The notes under the pieces are model-generated. The model ran no database searches. It was not told where the DNA came from and saw only the letters and a list, made by a program, of their open reading frames with translations. Both the position numbers and the translations under genes were made by a program. This document shows, one piece after another, positions 10,255 through 19,768 of a DNA stretch of 64,000 bases. Position 1 is the stretch's first letter. Each line of letters starts with the position of its first letter. Source of the stretch: a virus; the IMG/VR virus record IMGVR_UViG_3300012920_000028, positions 8,805-72,804 of that record; one strand, written 5' to 3'.

Positions 10255-10519
10255 GCCCTTCTTTCTGAGCGTCGCGGCCATAAAGGAATCCCTCAATTCG
10301 ACCGAGATTGTCCTCCACCACGGTTTCGTGGATTGACCGCTTTTCTTCTCCGCGGGGCTCGCTTACGTGCTTTTCCATCATACGGCGGAAGAAAAGGTTC
10401 CTTGATTCGGCGGAGTGGTAGGGGCTGCGGTATTCTGGATATTCTACAGCACCCCACGGCTCATTCCAAAATGAGTCGCGGCTGTTGTACATGTTCCTGT
10501 TTTTCTTTGTTAGGCTCAA
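10244..10519 (-). CDS. Hypothetical protein
   Basis: Overlaps both neighbours in operon fashion. Confidence 0.45.
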   Translation of the reverse strand: MSLTKKNRNMYNSRDSFWNEPWGAVEYPEYRSPYHSAESRNLFFRRMMEKHVSEPRGEEKRSIHETVVEDNLGRIEGFLYGRDAQKEGHGN

Positions 10520-10905
10520 AAAATCATCTCCTCGCGATAGGGTTTCTTGGCATCAACGAAAATCCATGAGCGTTGGAGAGAGTCCGGAAGTTTCCCTGCT
10601 TTCTTGGCGAAGAAGTCGTCCTTGGTTTCGGAGAAGAGGACCTCGATGTAGGGTAGGACATGTGTTGGTGCGACAATATCCGGACGTGTTCCACACTTGA
10701 GACGGGCTTCCGTGCAGAAAGGGACGTCATGCTCAAGAAGAGTGAGGGCGACCTCGCAGACGCGGAGATTGTGCTCATACGTGTTCCCCTTGCTCAATTT
10801 GATGACCCCCCAATGAGGTTTGAACATAGGGTCGAGATGTTCACGCGACCAATCGTTCAGTTCTTTCTGCATTTTCGAGGAGTACCTCAAAGAATACCCT
10901 CCCAC
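10516..10905 (-). CDS. Putative PD-(D/E)XK-fold nuclease-like protein
   Basis: TEARL..GTRPDIV....YIEVLFSE. Confidence 0.55.
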   Translation of the reverse strand: MGGYSLRYSSKMQKELNDWSREHLDPMFKPHWGVIKLSKGNTYEHNLRVCEVALTLLEHDVPFCTEARLKCGTRPDIVAPTHVLPYIEVLFSETKDDFFAKKAGKLPDSLQRSWIFVDAKKPYREEMIF

Positions 10906-11765
10906 TCAAGGTCGTGAAGGTTTCCGTCTTGGTCGTAGTACTTCCCCTCATAGAAGAGCCGCTTCGAGACGATGTTCCCTACTACCGAAGCGGTCCAGCC
11001 GCTCGTTTCATTGCGAGCCGAAACGCCTTCCGCATTGAGAGTCTTCGCGATTGAGGCACGCGACATGCCGTCTTCGTGCATCGCGAACACACGTCGGACG
11101 GAATCCGCTTCCCGCGGCTCTATTTCGAGGACTCCCTTCAGTTCGGGGTCCCCTCTCCCGTCGGCTTCGTCAGCACTTCGTTTGTAGGCCGAGCGATACC
11201 CCATAGGAGGCCGACCGACGTGGCGCCCCGCGTTCTTCTTCCCCTTCAACCCCGAGGCGGTCCTCTCGCTGATGATGTCCGCTTCCATCTGAGCGACAGA
11301 AATCATGATTCGGAAGATGAGCATTCCCATGGCGGTCGTCGTGTCGATTTGTAGGTCACGGAAAACGAAGTCCTTCTCGGCTCGCTGAAGGGTCTCCGCC
11401 CATTCACCAGCATTTCGGACGTTTCGATGGAATCGGTCCATTTTTGCCGCGATAACGACGTCCCAGTTCTCCATTTCGCTCATCATGCGCTGGTATTCGG
11501 GGCGTTGGGTGTTCGTCCCGCTGAACCCTTCATCTCGGTATTCCTCGACGACCTCCCACCCCTGAGCGGCGCAATAGGCACGGCATTCGCGAAGTTGCTG
11601 CTCAATGGAGGTCTCGGACTGGGTTCCTCCGTCTTTGTCGCTTGTGGAGATGCGAGCGTAGATTCCAGCCTTCCTTGCAGAAGGGGCCGTTGTGAAAAAG
11701 GGGGAAAGTGAAAGAAGCAAGGTCAATGAGGCATACCCAAAGAGGGCGAATAGGGATTCAATCAT
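10887..11765 (-). CDS. Serine recombinase (resolvase catalytic domain plus recombinase DNA-binding domain)
   Basis: IYARIST (catalytic Ser), SIEQQ, DEGFSG..RPEYQRM, KMDRFHRN, ISERT..GL, GRPPMGY. Confidence 0.92.
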   Translation of the reverse strand: MIESLFALFGYASLTLLLSLSPFFTTAPSARKAGIYARISTSDKDGGTQSETSIEQQLRECRAYCAAQGWEVVEEYRDEGFSGTNTQRPEYQRMMSEMENWDVVIAAKMDRFHRNVRNAGEWAETLQRAEKDFVFRDLQIDTTTAMGMLIFRIMISVAQMEADIISERTASGLKGKKNAGRHVGRPPMGYRSAYKRSADEADGRGDPELKGVLEIEPREADSVRRVFAMHEDGMSRASIAKTLNAEGVSARNETSGWTASVVGNIVSKRLFYEGKYYDQDGNLHDLEWEGIL

Positions 11766-12246
11766 GGCTTGATTCCTCACCCTTTGTCCCTAAAGGGACG
11801 ACCATAAAGGTGCCGAGAGGTAAAGGGTCCGGTTTAGGTTAGGAATCGGGGCATGGTCCTTTGTGGTTGAACCGTTTAAGTCTCAAGAATCCACAGATTT
11901 CGACGCAAAGGAGGGGTTCTAAGGACCGGCTTTTCTGAACCCCTACATTTCCCCATTTTTCCAAGCAAACCGCCCTCGGTGGCCGCGATTCTCCCTCCCA
12001 AACATATGTTGCAGAAGGGGCCTTTCTCACAACGGGGGTTAGGAACCGTTAAGAGCCGGCCATCTCACACGAGCGAGTATGGAACCTTGGGGATGGCTCT
12101 TCATCATCATCATGCTCGGACTCGGCGCGTGGTTTTATGCCATCTCGTCGATGAACGCCTATGACCCACACAGGCCCATTGTGCCTGAACCGTGGAACCT
12201 CGGGGATGAAGAGGAATGACCGAAGAAACGAATGAGGTGAAGAAGA

Positions 12247-12570
12247 ATGGCTAAGTGCGTTGAATGTGGTGAAGGGAGGGCTAACGTCCGTTGCTGCAAC
12301 TGTAATGCGTGGCTCCACGGGGCCGAGCCCGACACCCGATACTGCTACCTCACACCCGAGGACCACATGGGGGAAATGGTGTGGTGTAGCCCCTGCGCGT
12401 TGGCGCAAGACCGCGGCGAATTGCTCGTGGGAGTCCGCCCAGACACCTCCGATGGACATTACTTCGCTCGTTGTAAGAAGTGCAACAAGCGGCTGACCGA
12501 TGACGTGAGCATTTCAAGAGGATTCGGTCCAGAATGCTGGGACCGCATGACCGAGGAGGCTTCACAATGA
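12247..12570 (+). CDS. Multi-Zn-finger protein with DUF6011-like C-terminus
   Basis: CxxC pairs and CKKCNKRLTDDVSISRGFGPEC. GAGGTGA RBS. Confidence 0.75.
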   Translation: MAKCVECGEGRANVRCCNCNAWLHGAEPDTRYCYLTPEDHMGEMVWCSPCALAQDRGELLVGVRPDTSDGHYFARCKKCNKRLTDDVSISRGFGPECWDRMTEEASQ

Positions 12571-12854
12571 AGAGAATAGGTAAGATGAGCGAACACCAAG
12601 CAAAGAGTATCTTACTAACGCTTTCCACATACCATGGAATGAAGGAGACTATTCAGAAGATATGGGAGGAAAAGTTTGAGCCGACTCCCCATGAATGCGA
12701 ATTCATATTCTCAGAAGCATACGAACAGTATTGCCCGGACGATACTCTTTACTACGGCTTGAGGTTCAAGTGCAAACACCCATGGTGTAAGATGACTAAA
12801 GAAAGAGCAGGTCGTCTTGAGGACGAAGTAAAGTTGGAGGCTTCACAATGAAGA
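12555..12854. repeat. 19-bp direct repeat GGAGGCTTCACAATGAAGA at 12555-12573 and 12836-12854
   Basis: Exact copies. Each contains an RBS, an overlapping stop/start and the codons for EASQ*. Confidence 0.9.
12567..12851 (+). CDS. Hypothetical protein in an AT-richer cassette
   Basis: ATG lies in the repeat. CKHPWC motif. Confidence 0.65.
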   Translation: MKRIGKMSEHQAKSILLTLSTYHGMKETIQKIWEEKFEPTPHECEFIFSEAYEQYCPDDTLYYGLRFKCKHPWCKMTKERAGRLEDEVKLEASQ

Positions 12855-13018
12855 AGTACCACATCGAAGGAAGCCGCGACAATCAGGCTTGGCTCCTTTA
12901 CGCCAAGGCTTCCACGCTGGAAGAGGCCCGTGAAATCGCAAGCAAGTGTATTCGGGTCACGACCTACACCGCCGTAAGAATCGTGGAAAGTCACCGCACA
13001 CAGGCGGTGTTCGCCTGA
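12848..13018 (+). CDS. Small hypothetical protein (56 aa)
   Basis: Read manually: MKKYHIEGSRDNQAWLLY... RBS lies in the repeat. Confidence 0.55.
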   Translation: MKKYHIEGSRDNQAWLLYAKASTLEEAREIASKCIRVTTYTAVRIVESHRTQAVFA

Positions 13019-13281
13019 AGCCCGTCCTTCGATGGTGTCGAAATTGCGGCGAGGCGAAGCCCCTCAAGGACTTCGATGCGGTCGAAGATTCACTACGAAG
13101 GTTCTGCTCCGAGGCCTGCAGGAAGGAATGGTACGAGAAGGGTCCGAGGCAAAGCAAGTCGGGTGCGTGGTGGTGATTTCATGTCCGAACGACGAAAGAG
13201 CATCCTGTTCTTCACCCGAGTCTGCTTCTATTGCACGGGGAGCCTTGCGTTCCTCGTCAACATCGGTATGGAGGTGGTCTG

Positions 13282-13506
13282 ATGCCGCGAGAACCTTGCG
13301 CTACCTGTGGAGTACGCATCCACGTCAAGCCGACGCGCATTCGACCCCACCGGGGAAACAAGTGCTACAAGTGCTTCCGGAAGGACCTTGAGAAAGGCAT
13401 TGACCGCTGCGAGGCTTCGACCCTTCGGGGAACACGGTGCAGGCACCAGCGGGCTCCCGATAGTCAATTCTGTGTCGCTCATCAGAAAAAGGAAGTGAAG
13501 ACATGA
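13282..13506 (+). CDS. Small double Zn-finger protein
   Basis: CATC...CYKC and C-x2-T-x2-G-x2-C...FCVAH. GGAGGTGG RBS. Confidence 0.65.
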   Translation: MPREPCATCGVRIHVKPTRIRPHRGNKCYKCFRKDLEKGIDRCEASTLRGTRCRHQRAPDSQFCVAHQKKEVKT

Positions 13507-13667
13507 ACTTAGCAAACGTGGAATGCACATGCGGAGCGAAAATGATTTGGGGCGGAAGCCACGAGTCAGAAGAAGAAGAGGGGTTCGTGGGCACGGTCCA
13601 CAACCTCAGTTGTAGCCGTATCGGGTGTTGGAACCACATGCTGTTCTATGAGGTGATGAAGGAATGA
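13503..13667 (+). CDS. Zn-ribbon microprotein
   Basis: Read manually: ECTCGAKMIWGG...NLSCSRIGC. ATGA coupling. Confidence 0.55.
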   Translation: MNLANVECTCGAKMIWGGSHESEEEEGFVGTVHNLSCSRIGCWNHMLFYEVMKE

Positions 13668-13818
13668 AGCCATCCAAACACGAGCGAGAGCGTGCATTGG
13701 AGAGGTTCCGTCAGCGCATCGGTCAGGACGGAATCCGCTTTCAGGCTCGCAGCAAGGAACACCTGCTCCGACAAATCAGCCAGATTGTGTCTGATGCTCT
13801 CGAAGGGGGCGAGGAAGA

Positions 13819-14130
13819 ATGAGCAAACTCAAGCAAAACAAGCCCTTGTGGCTCCAGTATCGTGCAGCCAGCCGCGTCAAGTCTTACATGCTCAAAAAAG
13901 CGAAGGCGAAGGTTGAGGAGTCCGAGGGACTCTCAATGAGCGAGGAATGGGCAGCAATAAACAAAATTGCTGACATGATGAACGAAGGACACCCCGAGTT
14001 GCTCACCGCAGGTATGGAAGAGCGGGCGGAACGAATGGTCGCTGCACTTGAGCGGGCTGCTGACGCGGGCCTGACCTCGGTCACTGCGGCCGTTGAGCGA
14101 ATCGAGGAAGATTGGGGGAAGGAGTTTTGA
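13819..14130 (+). CDS. Hypothetical helical protein
   Basis: 103-aa ORF with RBS and coupling. Confidence 0.6.
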   Translation: MSKLKQNKPLWLQYRAASRVKSYMLKKAKAKVEESEGLSMSEEWAAINKIADMMNEGHPELLTAGMEERAERMVAALERAADAGLTSVTAAVERIEEDWGKEF

Positions 14131-14291
14131 CGATTCAAGACGTCTTCATTGATTGGGCCGCTTCTCACCCCTTTGAGCATCGGTTGTACACGGCGGAGTA
14201 CGAGAAATACGGAAGCAAGGCCCTCATTCGCTGGCTTCCCCTTATCGCGAGGTGGATGGAATGACGTTCTCTCGACACTCGTTCTGAGGGA

Positions 14292-15209
14292 TTGACCGTG
14301 TTCTGTCAACCGTCGTTCGACCTTTCGTCCTTGGAGGATTGTAGCGTTGATTCGGTCGTCACCGACCCGTGCTACGCCGCACCACCGATTGAGGCATGGA
14401 AAGAGGTGTTCAGGGTCATAAAACCCGGAGGTCATGTCCTCGTTTTCGCGGAGCCCTCAACGTACCATCGCATGGCGGTGAATATCGAGGACGCGGGGTT
14501 TGAAATCCGTGACCAAATCATGTGGATTTACGGTGACGGCTCATTGAAGGACTTCGAAGTCACGTCTTTCCATGAATCGGTCGTGGTGGCGAGGAAGCCC
14601 CTTGAAGGAACGGTCGTTGGGAATGTTCTCCGGCACGGAACCGGGGGAATCAACGTCGACGGATGTCGGGTGGAACACGCCAATGAGGCGGACCTCGCCG
14701 CGAGTCTTGCGAAGAACCCCGGTCGGACCGATACCGTGACCAGCGGCGTGTATGGTGCCGACAGACCACAACAGCGTGTGAATCTCGACGGCCGCTGGCC
14801 AGCGAACGTCATTTTCGACAGGTACGCTGGAACAGAATTGGACTGGCAGACCGGACATCTCGCTGCAGGGAACCGTCCTGCGAAGCGAAATTACGCGAGT
14901 GCGTTCGCGCAGAATAAAAACCAGCAGGGAGCCGAAAACCCGGGACGTGTGGACGAAGGCGGTGGTGGCTCTCGGTATTTCTTCCGCGCCGAGCACACGG
15001 GGGAAGAGCGAAAGCATGGCCTCAAGCCCCTTTCCCTATGGTGCTACCTTCTTCGACTCGTCACTCCCGCTGGTGGGGTCGTGCTTGACCCATTCAATCA
15101 CTCACGACACGTGTTCAAAGCAGCCTCTCAGGAAGGATTTTCAGTTGTCGCTACCAGCAATCTTCCGGCGAACCCTCATATACCGGTCATCGTCGAACAG
15201 CAAGAATAG
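14292..15209 (+). CDS. Degenerate N6A/N4C DNA methyltransferase paralogue
   Basis: Clearly homologous to the next gene (YHRMAVNIEDAGFEIRDQIMWIYG), but DPPY is DPCY and DPFxGSG is DPFNHSR. Confidence 0.75.
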   Translation: MTVFCQPSFDLSSLEDCSVDSVVTDPCYAAPPIEAWKEVFRVIKPGGHVLVFAEPSTYHRMAVNIEDAGFEIRDQIMWIYGDGSLKDFEVTSFHESVVVARKPLEGTVVGNVLRHGTGGINVDGCRVEHANEADLAASLAKNPGRTDTVTSGVYGADRPQQRVNLDGRWPANVIFDRYAGTELDWQTGHLAAGNRPAKRNYASAFAQNKNQQGAENPGRVDEGGGGSRYFFRAEHTGEERKHGLKPLSLWCYLLRLVTPAGGVVLDPFNHSRHVFKAASQEGFSVVATSNLPANPHIPVIVEQQE

Positions 15210-16619
15210 GTGAATGAAATGGACATCAGGAATGGCGATTGCCTCGAAGTGTTGAGAACCGTTGAGTCAAACAGCATTGACTCTATCGTGACTGACCCGC
15301 CCTACGGGCTCTCCTTCATGGGAAAGAAGTGGGACTACGACGTCCCTTCGGTGGACATCTGGCGAGAATGCTTCCGTGTCCTCAAGCCCGGTGGGCACCT
15401 CCTCGCGTTCGCCGGTTCTCGCACCTATCACCGCATGGCGGTGAACGTCGAAGACGCGGGATTCGAAATTCGCGACCAAGTCATGTGGCTTTACGGAAGC
15501 GGATTCCCGAAGAGCCTCAACGTGAGCAAGGCCATCGACAAGGCGCTCGGCGCCAAGCGTGAGAGGGTCCGCATCTCGGCTGACGAAATCCGGAACCCCA
15601 AGAGCATTGGGAGCGGCCACGGCATCGAGGGTGGCGACCGACCGTGGATGCAGGAAGCCCTTGAACGGGGCTATCACGAAGTGGACGGCGAAGACCCCGT
15701 GACGGAGGAAGCGAAGAAGTGGGACGGGTGGGGAACACAACTGAAGCCCGCGCACGAACCATGTGTCCTCGCCCGCAAGCCCGTGGACGCAAGCATCACG
15801 CAGAATATCCTTGAGAACGGGGTCGGCGGAATCAACATTGACGGATGTCGCGTAGGCACCGAGGAAATGAAGGTCACCGCGTCGGACGGCGTCATCATCT
15901 CCGGCAACAACTCCATGTCCGGAGGGAACACCGGACGCATCGACATGGGGACGAAGACCGGGCGTTTCCCGTCCAACATCATTCACGACGGCTCCGAAGA
16001 AGTGCTTGACATCTTCCCTGAAACCGCCGGAGCGAAGCCTCACGGTGGGGACGGTGGAAAACTCGACACGCAGGGAATGGGCTGGGGCTTCAAGCGCATG
16101 GCCTCCGACCTCTCGGACCTCCCGGGTTCCGCCGCACGGTACTTCTATTGCGCGAAAGCGAGCCGTGCGGAGCGGGACGAGGGGCTTTCCCATCTCCCTG
16201 ACCATACCGGTGACGCCGCTCTCGCAAATGCGGTGTGTCAGAAGTGCCTCAAGCACCGACTCCAATCAAACCTCGCTCGCCGCTGCACATGTGCCGAACC
16301 GGAGTGGGGAGAGTCGCGCCTCGAGGCCATCAAGAACAACCACCCGACGGTCAAGCCCGTGGCCCTCATGCGCTATCTGTGCCGCCTCGTGACGCCTCCC
16401 GGTGGTGTCGTCCTTGACCCCTTCATGGGAAGCGGCACGACCGGCGTAGCGGCCTACAAGGAGGGCTTCAATTTTTATGGCATCGAGCGCGACCCGGACT
16501 ACTACGTCATCGCGAAGAGTCGTGTGGACTACGTTTCGCACGGTGAAGTGCGCGAGAACGCCGGAGAAGAGACGCCACGGCCACGGCCGTCGTCAATTTT
16601 CCACTGGGTTGATGCCTGA
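15210..16619 (+). CDS. Beta-class N6A/N4C DNA methyltransferase
   Basis: GDCLE, TDPPYG, HPTVKP, LDPFMGSGTT, GIE. Confidence 0.93.
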   Translation: MNEMDIRNGDCLEVLRTVESNSIDSIVTDPPYGLSFMGKKWDYDVPSVDIWRECFRVLKPGGHLLAFAGSRTYHRMAVNVEDAGFEIRDQVMWLYGSGFPKSLNVSKAIDKALGAKRERVRISADEIRNPKSIGSGHGIEGGDRPWMQEALERGYHEVDGEDPVTEEAKKWDGWGTQLKPAHEPCVLARKPVDASITQNILENGVGGINIDGCRVGTEEMKVTASDGVIISGNNSMSGGNTGRIDMGTKTGRFPSNIIHDGSEEVLDIFPETAGAKPHGGDGGKLDTQGMGWGFKRMASDLSDLPGSAARYFYCAKASRAERDEGLSHLPDHTGDAALANAVCQKCLKHRLQSNLARRCTCAEPEWGESRLEAIKNNHPTVKPVALMRYLCRLVTPPGGVVLDPFMGSGTTGVAAYKEGFNFYGIERDPDYYVIAKSRVDYVSHGEVRENAGEETPRPRPSSIFHWVDA

Positions 16620-16861
16620 TGCGGATTCGACGAACCCGTGTTGAAGAGGCGGCGTTAGTGGTTCTGAACAAGAATCGCGGGAAATGGATGAATGCTCGAC
16701 AAGTTCACGACAACATCTCCTCGTTCACGGACTTCTCCTTTCATTGGAACACACGTTCGGTCTATACTTACCTCGGTGGGATGTATCGCAAGGGGATGGT
16801 CGAACGTCGAAGGATTGGGAACAAGTTCGAGTACCGAATATCCGAAACGGAGGAAGAGTGA
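16619..16861 (+). CDS. Small winged-helix-like protein
   Basis: 80 aa. YLGGMYRKGMVERRRIGNKFEYRI resembles a recognition helix plus wing. Confidence 0.6.
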   Translation: MRIRRTRVEEAALVVLNKNRGKWMNARQVHDNISSFTDFSFHWNTRSVYTYLGGMYRKGMVERRRIGNKFEYRISETEEE

Positions 16862-17487
16862 TGGGGCTTTACATCTTCCAATCGAAACACGCTCCATACA
16901 TCAAGGTTGGACACACTACCCATGAGAACCCGTGGCATCGTCTCGACGGTTCATGTGGGGTCCCCGAGGGCTTCAATTCCGTGCGGCATCCTTCCTCCCT
17001 CGAAGGGAAGGTGAACATGGAAGACCTCAGCCTCGAAGGCTGGTGGCCTGAAGTCACCATTGAGGAAGAAAGGTCGCTCCACCTTCTTTGCAAGCGTTTG
17101 TCAGTCGTGGGCGAATGGTACCCCGACGATTCAAAGGAAATGTTCTATGTCTTGCTCCGCACTACCTTTGGTTCCACGAAGCACGAGGCGGTTTCTGTCC
17201 CTAAAAGCCCAATGATGCGGGAACCTGTCATCACGAAGGATAGCGGACGCCCTGAGAGACACGGAGAGCCGTGGACAGAACGAGAGGACCAACAACTCCG
17301 AAGCCGAGCCGGACAATGGTGGGACAAGAAGGACGTCAAGGATTTCGTGACCGAAGACGCATTGTGGCGGCGTCGGACGGAAACATCTGTTCGTGCAAGG
17401 ATGAAGAAATTGGGAATCATCCGATGGAAAAATGGGAACTTCCATTGGACGCGAGCGTCCGAACCCCCCGAAGAGGAAATATCATAA
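16861..17487 (+). CDS. T5orf172/GIY-YIG-like domain fused to a Myb-like repeat
   Basis: GLYIF...IKVGHT...EERSLH...GEWY, then PWTEREDQQL...RTETSVRARMKKLG. Confidence 0.7.
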   Translation: MGLYIFQSKHAPYIKVGHTTHENPWHRLDGSCGVPEGFNSVRHPSSLEGKVNMEDLSLEGWWPEVTIEEERSLHLLCKRLSVVGEWYPDDSKEMFYVLLRTTFGSTKHEAVSVPKSPMMREPVITKDSGRPERHGEPWTEREDQQLRSRAGQWWDKKDVKDFVTEDALWRRRTETSVRARMKKLGIIRWKNGNFHWTRASEPPEEEIS

Positions 17488-17511
17488 CCGCGCTTGTCCC
17501 GGGTTCCGGAC

Positions 17512-17649
17512 ATGAAGTGCCCGGAGTGTGGAGCCTCCGGTTCTTTGAAGATGACTGAATACCGGAAAACGGCTGAAACGCTCTCGCCACTTATGGAACG
17601 AGCGATTCTCACCTGCGCCTTGTGTGGGCATGAGGAGAGGTTCGCTTGA
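17512..17649 (+). CDS. Zn-ribbon microprotein
   Basis: MKCPECG...TCALCG. TCATAA box about 25 nt upstream. Confidence 0.65.
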   Translation: MKCPECGASGSLKMTEYRKTAETLSPLMERAILTCALCGHEERFA

Positions 17650-17781
17650 ACCTCACTTTCGTCGCCTACAGCATCTTCTTTCTCGCACTTCTTGTTTTCG
17701 TCATGCTTGCTTGGAGCGTTGGACAGGTGTTCCTTCTTCTCCTCGGGAATCGTGATAAGCAGAACCTTCCAGCCATGAGTG

Positions 17782-17913
17782 ATGACGCGAACCGGAGCGA
17801 CCTGTGACCGTTGCGGAGAGTACAACCTCCTCCCTACCGTGCCGGGTTTTGAATGCACGTGCAAGGACTGTGGAGGCAACCTCATAAGTCGTGGTGACGG
17901 GTCACTGCTATGA
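17782..17913 (+). CDS. Zn-ribbon microprotein
   Basis: CDRCG...CKDCGG. Confidence 0.55.
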   Translation: MTRTGATCDRCGEYNLLPTVPGFECTCKDCGGNLISRGDGSLL

Positions 17914-17998
17914 ATCCGAAGTGCCCCGAGTGCGGCTGGAACTATGTCCAAGAAGACTCACACGGCGACCCCGTTCTTGAGGGGCCGTGCATCTGTGC

Positions 17999-18616
17999 TT
18001 ACGGCGAACCGCCGGAGAACTGACCTTCCCAAGCACGGATGATTGAGCGGACCTTCGTCTGCTTCAGGCCCATGGTCTTCGCGATTTCAGGGACCGGGAC
18101 GCCACGTTGTCGCATCCCCATGACGCGCTCCACAATCGGCCAGTTCTCGTCCTTGACCGGTTTCCCGTCCTCTCCTCTCGTGAGCCCGAACGGGAGGCGC
18201 CCACCGCGCTTGTGACGCATTCCTTCCCGGGTCTTGAGGGACATGACGTCTTGGAAGTATTCCCACGAAGCCACCATGGACATGAGAGTGAGCATTTGGA
18301 CTTCCGTCTTCACTTCCTTGACGATTCCTTGAACGGAATGGATGATGACCCCCTTCTTGTGAAGGTCGCGCAGTTCCCCGAACAGATGTGGCTTCCCGTG
18401 CCATCGCCCGAAGTTCAAGAACAGGACATCTGTCAGGCGGTTCGTTCGATGGTCAACGTATTCGAGCATCATGTTCCAATCCTCGGGCTCATCCCAGCCG
18501 TCAGAGAACACCGTGTACTTCTCCCACCCGAGGCTACGGGCTTTCTCCTCCACCAGCGGTAGGAAAAACGAAAGTGGTGTCGAAGACTTGTCGGACCATA
18601 GGTAAATCGCTCGCAT
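17999..18616 (-). CDS. Divergent, probably inactive serine-recombinase-family protein
   Basis: Helix E region SLKTREGM...GGRLPFG and a C-terminal HTH are present, but YxRxS reads YLWSD. Confidence 0.65.
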   Translation of the reverse strand: MRAIYLWSDKSSTPLSFFLPLVEEKARSLGWEKYTVFSDGWDEPEDWNMMLEYVDHRTNRLTDVLFLNFGRWHGKPHLFGELRDLHKKGVIIHSVQGIVKEVKTEVQMLTLMSMVASWEYFQDVMSLKTREGMRHKRGGRLPFGLTRGEDGKPVKDENWPIVERVMGMRQRGVPVPEIAKTMGLKQTKVRSIIRAWEGQFSGGSP

Positions 18617-18852
18617 TAAACCACCTTGAATCTCCAATACCAGAACGCGGCGCTAAGGACGAGCATCGAAAGGATGAGCGTCTGAGCCGCATGGTCGGAA
18701 AAGAAGCCAAGAATGGCGGCGTAGGGGGCATACCACGTGTAGCCTTCAGTCATGGCGACGAGGGAAATGAGCACCCCGAGGGAAAACAGGCCAAACGCCG
18801 CTTGACGCATAGCGTAGAAGTCCCACCCGAAGTACTCGTCCCAGAAAAGCAT
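18616..18852 (-). CDS. Small membrane protein
   Basis: Two or three hydrophobic helices. TAATG coupling. Confidence 0.6.
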   Translation of the reverse strand: MLFWDEYFGWDFYAMRQAAFGLFSLGVLISLVAMTEGYTWYAPYAAILGFFSDHAAQTLILSMLVLSAAFWYWRFKVV

Positions 18853-18856
18853 GTTC

Positions 18857-19768
18857 TCACTGTCCGAAGAAATCCCTGCCGCACTGCTCCTTGAAGTCGC
18901 ACAACTTGGAGCAGTGGGTGTATTTTGACGGGTCGTTCGCCGCATACGGAACGAAACCAGCATGATTGTTCAGGACATCTGTTTGACGAAGGAAATTGTA
19001 GATGATGTCTTCGAAACGGAGGTAGTGCCTCTCGTTGCGGGTGGTCTTGTAGTGCTCCACATTCGCATCGTGCGCCTCATGGGCCTTGACCTTCGGAATG
19101 ATGACGTAGGAGAAGTCGAGAGGCTTCCCGGTGATGTAGCCGTATGCCGTAGCCTGAAGTTGTCCATGCGCCTTCGGTTTAGCCCACTGCCCCATCCAAT
19201 GCGTGCTGGCGGTCTTGAGGTCGCCAAGCCGAGCGGTTTCTCCACTGAGGTCCATGAGCCAATCAATCCGCCCGCGTACCGCCACTCCGAGGGGACCATG
19301 CTCACGGTGAATCACTTCACGCATGGCGTCAACCTCAGTCTCCTTGACGTCGAGAGGGTCAAAGTCAGGAATGCGGTGACCGAGGAGGTTTCGCTCGTAG
19401 ACGCCATACCAGCGTTCGCATTCCGCGTAAGCGGTTTCGAGTTGAAACGGGCTGAGTCGGTTCCCCTTGCTGTCATAGACCCCGCTTTGGGCCTTCTCCA
19501 CTTCGTCAAGCCAGCACTGCTCCATCTTCATCTTGATGATGTCGGCGTCCGGGGTGTCCCCCGCGGCAAGAGCATTGTGGAGCAGTTCAACACCAAGGTG
19601 AACAGCCGTCCCCTGTGGGAAGTACACCTTCGATTGGCGAGGTAGCCGCTGGACGTACTGGTACCAGTAAGAGGCCGGGCACTTCATCCAAACGCCAAGT
19701 CTGCTCGGGGAAATGTGAGAGCGGTCCCAGCGGACGTTTTCACCGCGCAGCATCTTACTGGTCATCAT
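18857..19768 (-). CDS. PD-(D/E)XK nuclease (RecB/AddB/Cas4-like)
   Basis: SPSRL...KCP, GTAVH, RGRID, DLKT, QATAY and C-terminal C..LCDFKEQC. Confidence 0.88.
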   Translation of the reverse strand: MMTSKMLRGENVRWDRSHISPSRLGVWMKCPASYWYQYVQRLPRQSKVYFPQGTAVHLGVELLHNALAAGDTPDADIIKMKMEQCWLDEVEKAQSGVYDSKGNRLSPFQLETAYAECERWYGVYERNLLGHRIPDFDPLDVKETEVDAMREVIHREHGPLGVAVRGRIDWLMDLSGETARLGDLKTASTHWMGQWAKPKAHGQLQATAYGYITGKPLDFSYVIIPKVKAHEAHDANVEHYKTTRNERHYLRFEDIIYNFLRQTDVLNNHAGFVPYAANDPSKYTHCSKLCDFKEQCGRDFFGQ

